A stretch of DNA of 64,000 bases from Hyalangium minutum (GTDB lineage: Bacteria; Myxococcota; Myxococcia; Myxococcales; Myxococcaceae). The notes under the pieces are model-generated. The model worked only from the letters and a program-made list of their open reading frames with translations, made no database searches and was not told the origin of the DNA. How positions within the stretch are numbered: the stretch's first letter is position 1; each line of letters opens with the position of its first letter. The stretch covers positions 248,001 to 312,000 of the forward strand of contig NZ_JMCB01000010.1 in NCBI RefSeq assembly GCF_000737315.1, read 5' to 3'. Shown in pieces: positions 58,651 through 64,000 of this stretch. The position numbers and the translations under genes were made by a program.

Positions 58651-59928
58651 TCAGGCCGCGCTGCCGCTCTTGTTGAGCGCGTGCAGCACTTCCTCGGCCA
58701 TGTCGATCGTGTGATCGATCTGCTCTTGGGTGTGGGCCGCGCAGATGAAGTTGACGTCGCGGCGCAGGAGCACCCCGCGGCGAGCCATCCCCGCCTGGAA
58801 CGGCTGCATCAGCTTGGCGTGCTCCGGGGGAGTCTTGGCGTAGTTGAAGAAGGGAATGGCGTCATAGCCACGCACGCGCAGCGGAGACCCCAGCTTCTCG
58901 GCCCGCTGATTGATGCCTTCACGCAGCCTCGCGCCCAGCGCGGCGATGCGCGAGATGTAGCCGCTCTGGCGGTACTCGGCGATCACGGCCTGGCACACCT
59001 CCAGCGACAGCATCTCTCCACCGAACGTGGTCGACACCTGCAGCTCATCGAGCCGGCGCAGGTGCTTCGCCGGACCGGCGATCGCCGACAGCGGCATCCC
59101 CGCGGCCAGGGCCTTGGACAAGCAGACGAAGTCAGCCTGCACCCCGAAGAATTCCTGGGCTCCCCCCAGGCCCAGGCGGAAGCCGGTGACCACCTCGTCC
59201 AGCACCAGGAGCACCTCGTGGGCGGTGCAGGTGGCGCGGACCTTCTGCATGAACTCACGGCTCAACACGCGGTTGTAGGGCACCGAGAGCAGCACCAGCG
59301 CGAGCTGCTTGGCGTTCTGCTCGATGGCGGCCAGCAGCGCGGCCTCGTCCGGCTCGGTGAAGAGCGGCAGGCGCATCGTGTGCTGGGCGAGCGCTGCGGG
59401 AACTCCCGGGGTGTCGAACATGAAGTGATCGTGCCAGCCGTTGTAGCCCACAGTGATGATGCGCTCCTTGCCCGTGAGGTGGCGCCCCAGCCGCACCGCG
59501 GCCGAGGTGGCATCCGCGCCCGTCTTGAAGAAGCGGGCCATCTCCGCGCCGGGGATGACGTCCACGAGCGCGCGCACGGCGCTGACCTCGATCGGCGTGG
59601 GCAAGGAGTGAAGGACCCCCTCGTCCAGGTGGGCACGGATGGTCTCGACGACCGCGGGATGCTTATGGCCGAGCATGTTGGCGCCGAGCCCGGAGATGAA
59701 GTCGATGTACTCCTGGCCATCGGCATCCTCCACCAGCGCGCCCTGCCCCTTGACGACGAAGACCGGGAAGGCGCCGGGAGCAAACTGCTCCGGCCGCTTC
59801 ATCATCGACTGGGTGACACCGGGAACCAGCCGCTTCGCTTCCTCCAGCAGCTGGTTGGAGCGCTCGAGCCGAATCTCGCCCTGGATGGGAATGGGGAGCG
59901 ACGGGTGCTTTCGTGTAGGCGTATCCAT
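58651..59928 (-). CDS. mxcL: Class III PLP aminotransferase (MxcL)
   Basis: [36 protein letters not shown]; position in the myxochelin cluster. Confidence 0.88.
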   Translation of the reverse strand: MDTPTRKHPSLPIPIQGEIRLERSNQLLEEAKRLVPGVTQSMMKRPEQFAPGAFPVFVVKGQGALVEDADGQEYIDFISGLGANMLGHKHPAVVETIRAHLDEGVLHSLPTPIEVSAVRALVDVIPGAEMARFFKTGADATSAAVRLGRHLTGKERIITVGYNGWHDHFMFDTPGVPAALAQHTMRLPLFTEPDEAALLAAIEQNAKQLALVLLSVPYNRVLSREFMQKVRATCTAHEVLLVLDEVVTGFRLGLGGAQEFFGVQADFVCLSKALAAGMPLSAIAGPAKHLRRLDELQVSTTFGGEMLSLEVCQAVIAEYRQSGYISRIAALGARLREGINQRAEKLGSPLRVRGYDAIPFFNYAKTPPEHAKLMQPFQAGMARRGVLLRRDVNFICAAHTQEQIDHTIDMAEEVLHALNKSGSAA

Positions 59929-59968
59929 GGCAATTCCTTCTTCGTGAGAGAGGGAGGACAACGAACCG

Positions 59969-61201
59969 CTAGGGAACTGGAGCTTGGGCGGTACTCAGCG
60001 GGACGGCGTTCCGGCCGAACGCCCACAGTGTGCAGAGCGCGAGGAAGGCCACCGCGACCGCGGCCCACCCCACCTGCCCGAAACCGATCAGCGCGCCACC
60101 CGAGGCCGTCTCGAGCCATCGGCCGCTCACCCAGGCCGCGAGCCCCGAGGCGCCATCGCTCGCCGCCATGTTGATCGCCAGGTAGCGGCCTCGCAGCGAG
60201 GGTGGCACCCGCGCCGTCAGCAGCGCCAGGGTGGGAATCTGCCGGCCCGAGGTCAGGGTCATGAACAGGACGAAGAGGAGGATCACCACCGGCAGTGGAG
60301 ATCGCGCCAGGTGCGAGAACACGAGGTACGGCACCACGGTGCCCACGAGCAGCGAGGCCAACACCTGGCTGGGGCCTCGGCGATCCACCCACTGGCCGAT
60401 CATCCGCGAGCTCAGCAGCGTGGCCGCGCCGCCGCACAGGTAGACCCAGGGCAGCTCCGCCAGGCTCACGCCCAGGTTCCCCACCATGAAGGGGCTCAGA
60501 TAGGGGATCAGCAAGAAGCCGGAGAACACCACCGCGAAGGTCAGGAGCCACCCAAGCGCCAGGCCCTGGGAGCCCACCGCCCAAGGCGAAGCGAAGCGGC
60601 TGTCTCCCCGCGGCGCCTTCAGGTGGGCATCCACCGTGGGCAGCGCCTTCAGCAGGCAGAGCCACACCCCACCCGCGAGCCCCCCCACCGCCCAGAATGG
60701 CGCGCGCCATCCCAGGAGGTGGGCGAGCCCCAGGCCCAGCGGAACTCCCGCCACCGCGGACAGGGCATACGCCGTCATCACCGTGCCGATGGCGCGGCCC
60801 CGGCGCTCCCCGGGCACCAGATCGCCAATGATGGCCATGGAGACGGCACCCATCAGCCCCGCGCAGGCCCCCGCCAACGCTCGGGCCAGCAGCAGCGCGG
60901 CATGGGAGCCCGACACTCCGCATGCCAGCGTGGCGGCGATGAACCCCGCATAGAGCAGCAACAGCGCGCGCTTCCGCTCGAAGCGATCCAGCCAGAATCC
61001 CCCCACCAGTCCCATCGCCGCCGAGGCCAGCGTGTACGCGGAGACCAGGGCCCCGAACTGCGAGGCCGTGAGCGCGAACCGCTGCATCAGCGCCGGCCCC
61101 AGGGGCATGACCATCATGAAGTCCAGCACGTGGCTGAACTGCACGGCGGCCAGCAGCAAGAGCCACTGCCGCTCCTGCTTTGGGGTGGAGGAGGCCGTCA
61201 T
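59969..61201 (-). CDS. mxcK: MFS exporter (MxcK)
   Basis: QFSHVLDFMMVMPLGP, DRFERKRALL, D.VP.ERRG.A.G; about 12 TM helices. Confidence 0.88.
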   Translation of the reverse strand: MTASSTPKQERQWLLLLAAVQFSHVLDFMMVMPLGPALMQRFALTASQFGALVSAYTLASAAMGLVGGFWLDRFERKRALLLLYAGFIAATLACGVSGSHAALLLARALAGACAGLMGAVSMAIIGDLVPGERRGRAIGTVMTAYALSAVAGVPLGLGLAHLLGWRAPFWAVGGLAGGVWLCLLKALPTVDAHLKAPRGDSRFASPWAVGSQGLALGWLLTFAVVFSGFLLIPYLSPFMVGNLGVSLAELPWVYLCGGAATLLSSRMIGQWVDRRGPSQVLASLLVGTVVPYLVFSHLARSPLPVVILLFVLFMTLTSGRQIPTLALLTARVPPSLRGRYLAINMAASDGASGLAAWVSGRWLETASGGALIGFGQVGWAAVAVAFLALCTLWAFGRNAVPLSTAQAPVP

Positions 61202-61260
61202 ACGCCCTGCTCGGGGGATGCAACCGGGGCGCACCACGCTCGGAGGACGCGCTGGTTGTT

Positions 61261-61285
61261 GAGAATGGTTCTCATTATCGTTATC
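61261..61285. promoter_or_regulatory. Fur box upstream of mxcK
   Basis: GAGAATGGTTCTCATTATC (15/19) plus an extra GATAAC hexamer; core AATGGTTCTCATT identical to the mxcH site; TTGACA on the minus strand at 61315-61310. Confidence 0.82.
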
Positions 61286-61474
61286 GGATCTCCCATGTCG
61301 CGCGAGCGCTGTCAAGCGCTCTGTTCACTGCTGGTACGCGAGGGAAAGCCGTGGAGGTGCCTCAGCACAGCGCTGGTGCGAGGCAAGACAGGCCCATGAG
61401 GCAAGGCGGAAGCGTGCCGTCGGCGGCGGTGGTGCCGCGCGGCAAGGCAGGGCTACGGAAGGCGCTGCTTCAAC

Positions 61475-62746
61475 TCAGCGCCGCACGGGCGCGGGAGTCG
61501 CGGGGCTGCCCGGAGGCGGCGTGCTGGCAGAGGTGCTCAGCCTCGCGGCGCCGAGCACCACCGAAGGCCCCGGCTCATCGAGGTACACCGGGACATTGAC
61601 GAAGAACGCCTCGCAGCGCTGGCGGAACAGTGGCATCCGGCTCTGCTCACCCACGAGCAGCACCTCATCCAGATCGCCGGGGAACAGCGTCTTCTGCTCC
61701 AGCACCTGCTCGCACATCTTCATCGCAGAGTCGATCAGGGGCTTGGCCAGATCCTCCAGCTCGCGCCGGGTGAGGACGGCATCGAAGTCCCCGAGCTGCC
61801 CGTTGCCGCTGGTGACGGCGAACGGCACGCGCACGCGGGCCTCCGGCTGCTCGGTGAGCTGGATCTTCGCGAACTCGGCGGCGCCGGCCACGCGGTAGAG
61901 GGCCGCGGGGTTGCTCGCGTCCGCGGCCACCCGGACTCCCGTGGGCAGCTTGCGCAGCAGCAGCTCCAGCACGCGCTTGTCGAGCTCGAAGCCGCACAGG
62001 CCCACGTTGCCTTCGGCGCCGAGCACCTGGCACTGCCGCGCCGCATAGCGCACCAGCGTGGTCTGGAAGCTTCCCCCACCCCACGAGCACACCATGGCGG
62101 TGCGCTCCGGCTTGCCCCGCCGCCGCTGGAAAGCCCCCAGCGCCACGGACGTGGGCTCGGCGATGGTGCGCTCCACGTGCATCCCGGCCAGCGCGGCCGC
62201 CGCGGCCATCGTCTGCGGCAGCGGGTCATCCTTGCGCACGGCAGGAATGGTGAGCACGGCCCGGTGGACGGGCTGGCGCAGGAAGTTCTGCGCCCGCTCG
62301 CGCGCCTCGAGGAGCACCAACGCCGCCAGCTCCCGGGCTCGGAAGGTCCGATCCCCGAGCACCACCGCGGGCAGCCCATCGTCGCCTCGGACGACCTTGC
62401 AGCGGAGCTGGTCGTACAGCCACTTCACCTTGCGGTCGCCGTAGGGCGCGGCCAGCAATCCCTTGATGCCCCACACCGCCAGCGCCGGGTTGGCGGCCTG
62501 CTGCCCCCGTGCCGCATGGCCCGTGAGGATGCGCCCTCCGGGCCCGAGCGCCACCATGGCGGGAGCTCCCTCCATGCGCTCTGCGGGGATGCACACGGGA
62601 TTGCCGTTGTGGATGGCAGCGACGCGGCAGTTCGTTGTGCCGAGATCGATGGCAATGACGGGCCCGGCACTTCGGGTCGAGGCCTCCGGAGGACGAACAC
62701 GATCGAGCGGGCAGTCGGTGACGTGGATCGGAGCCTGGGTCATCAC
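61475..62746 (-). CDS. Hsp70-family protein, nucleotide-binding domain only, degenerate motifs
   Basis: IAIDLGTTN, AVLTIPA, EPTSVAL, WGGGSF, AEFAKIQL, VLLVGEQSRMP; no substrate-binding domain. Confidence 0.8.
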   Translation of the reverse strand: MMTQAPIHVTDCPLDRVRPPEASTRSAGPVIAIDLGTTNCRVAAIHNGNPVCIPAERMEGAPAMVALGPGGRILTGHAARGQQAANPALAVWGIKGLLAAPYGDRKVKWLYDQLRCKVVRGDDGLPAVVLGDRTFRARELAALVLLEARERAQNFLRQPVHRAVLTIPAVRKDDPLPQTMAAAAALAGMHVERTIAEPTSVALGAFQRRRGKPERTAMVCSWGGGSFQTTLVRYAARQCQVLGAEGNVGLCGFELDKRVLELLLRKLPTGVRVAADASNPAALYRVAGAAEFAKIQLTEQPEARVRVPFAVTSGNGQLGDFDAVLTRRELEDLAKPLIDSAMKMCEQVLEQKTLFPGDLDEVLLVGEQSRMPLFRQRCEAFFVNVPVYLDEPGPSVVLGAARLSTSASTPPPGSPATPAPVRR

Positions 62747-62755
62747 GGCATCATT

Positions 62756-63493
62756 CTATCGGATTGCGGCGGCCTCCGGCTGGCAGAACCCGAGTTGGTC
62801 CCTATGCAGGAGGAAGTCCCGTTGTATCTGCTCACGCTTCCGCGTGAGGACGGACCAATAGTAGTAGCGACGGGGGAACAGGGTGTTCCGCGAGGCGAGC
62901 TGGTTGCGCAGAATGGCGACACCGCAGCGCAGATTTACAGCGGGGTCCGTAATGTTCGCATCCATCGGATTCAGCGGGCACCCCTCATGCCGCTCCTGGT
63001 CCCCGTAGCTGAGCTGGAGCAGCCCGATGCTGAGCGTCCGCAGGGGCCGGGGCTCCAGGAAGGTGCTCTCGGGGTCAAAGCCGGACTCCAGCCGGGCAAT
63101 AGAGGCGAATAGGAGGGCCCAGAAGGCCTTCCGCTCCTCCCGAGGGGACTCGAAGTAGCCGGGGCACAGCGCGCGGACCTCTCCGGCGGGCACCTTGTCG
63201 TCCTCGAGGAGCGGCTGGCCGACGTCCTCCAGCGCCTCGGCGATGATGAGGTTCCACTCCTGCTTCCAGGCGCGGCCGCGCTCCTCACGGACCTGGGCGA
63301 AGCGAGGCCCCGGAGGGAGCGGCGGAGGCATGGGCGCGGGCGCCAGAGAGGCCCCCGAGGTGCTCCGGGCCGCCACCTCCGTCCGGGCCTGCGCCGCCAA
63401 CGCGTTCCGGGCCTGGGACTCGGGGTGGGCACACGCCGAGCCCAGCAGCGCCCCGAGCATCCCTCCCACAAGCCTCCAACCTGGCCTCAGCAT
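62756..63493 (-). CDS. Lytic transglycosylase (SLT domain) lipoprotein
   Basis: Lipobox GSAC; ARLESGFDP (catalytic Glu), SIGLLQL, DP..NL.CG..IL, YYWSVL. Confidence 0.8.
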   Translation of the reverse strand: MLRPGWRLVGGMLGALLGSACAHPESQARNALAAQARTEVAARSTSGASLAPAPMPPPLPPGPRFAQVREERGRAWKQEWNLIIAEALEDVGQPLLEDDKVPAGEVRALCPGYFESPREERKAFWALLFASIARLESGFDPESTFLEPRPLRTLSIGLLQLSYGDQERHEGCPLNPMDANITDPAVNLRCGVAILRNQLASRNTLFPRRYYYWSVLTRKREQIQRDFLLHRDQLGFCQPEAAAIR

Positions 63494-63620
63494 GGGCGCA
63501 TGGTGCTGCCAGCGCGGCGGGGAGGCAACCTCCCGCCTGCGCATCCCTCCCCTGGAAAACAGAGGGCCCTCGCTCCCGCGGAGGGAGGAGGGCCCGGAGA
63601 CAGCATCCGTCGAGTGCCGA

Positions 63621-64000
63621 TCAGGCCGTCTTGGCCTTCATGCCACCCTTGGAACCCTCTTTGGCGGCGGCGCGCTCATCCAGCCAGATGATGAGCGGGC
63701 TGGCGATGTACACGGACGAGTAGGTGCCCACGATGATGCCGACGAGCATCGCCATGGCGAAGTCCCAGATCTCGCCCACGCCGAAGATGAGCAGACCGAC
63801 CAGCGACAGCGCGGTGACGAACGAAGTGAGGACCGTACGGGCCAGCGTGTCGTTCACGGCGATGTTGATGACCTCGGGCAGCGGCTTGCCCTTGTACTTG
63901 GCCATGTCCTCGCGGATACGGTCGTAGATCACGATCGTGTCGTTGACCGAGTAGCCAATGATGGTGAGCAGCGCGGCGATGGCGGTGAGATTGAACTCGC
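63621..64000 (-). CDS. secF: Protein translocase subunit SecF (or SecDF), 3' part; gene starts beyond the window
   Basis: AALLTIIGYSVNDTIVIYDRIRE, TLARTVLTS, GIIVGTYSSVYIASP. Confidence 0.93.
   Translation of the reverse strand, partial: EFNLTAIAALLTIIGYSVNDTIVIYDRIREDMAKYKGKPLPEVINIAVNDTLARTVLTSFVTALSLVGLLIFGVGEIWDFAMAMLVGIIVGTYSSVYIASPLIIWLDERAAAKEGSKGGMKAKTA

Overview
High-GC myxobacterial chromosome segment, probably Cystobacterineae/Archangiaceae, judged from gene content. (i) 1-7.3 kb: stand-alone CheB, an M23 peptidase with a six-repeat C-terminus, and hrpA. (ii) About 7.4-28 kb: a heavily rearranged accessory zone. It holds IS91/ISCR-type right-end (ori-like) repeats, two unrelated group II intron 3' remnants bracketing a low-GC Bacteroidetes-like gene, a complete IS5-family element with a TAA duplication, a TPR-CHAT protease, a BlaI/M56 pair with a visible tandem operator, a candidate lipoprotein toxin/immunity pair, and several gene fragments. 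(iii) 28-41.5 kb: a translationally coupled three-gene operon encoding a 1762-aa repeat protein of unknown function, a thioester alpha-2-macroglobulin and PBP1C. (iv) 41.7-44.7 kb: an aldo/keto reductase and an M49-like Zn hydrolase. (v) 44.7-61.3 kb: the myxochelin siderophore cluster (mxcK-L-C-D-E-F-G, class II DAHP synthase, mxcH, mxcI) with three Fur-box-like sites. (vi) A degenerate Hsp70, an SLT transglycosylase and the 3' end of secF. No rRNA, tRNA or CRISPR array was seen. All family assignments come from motifs recognised by eye; no database search was run.
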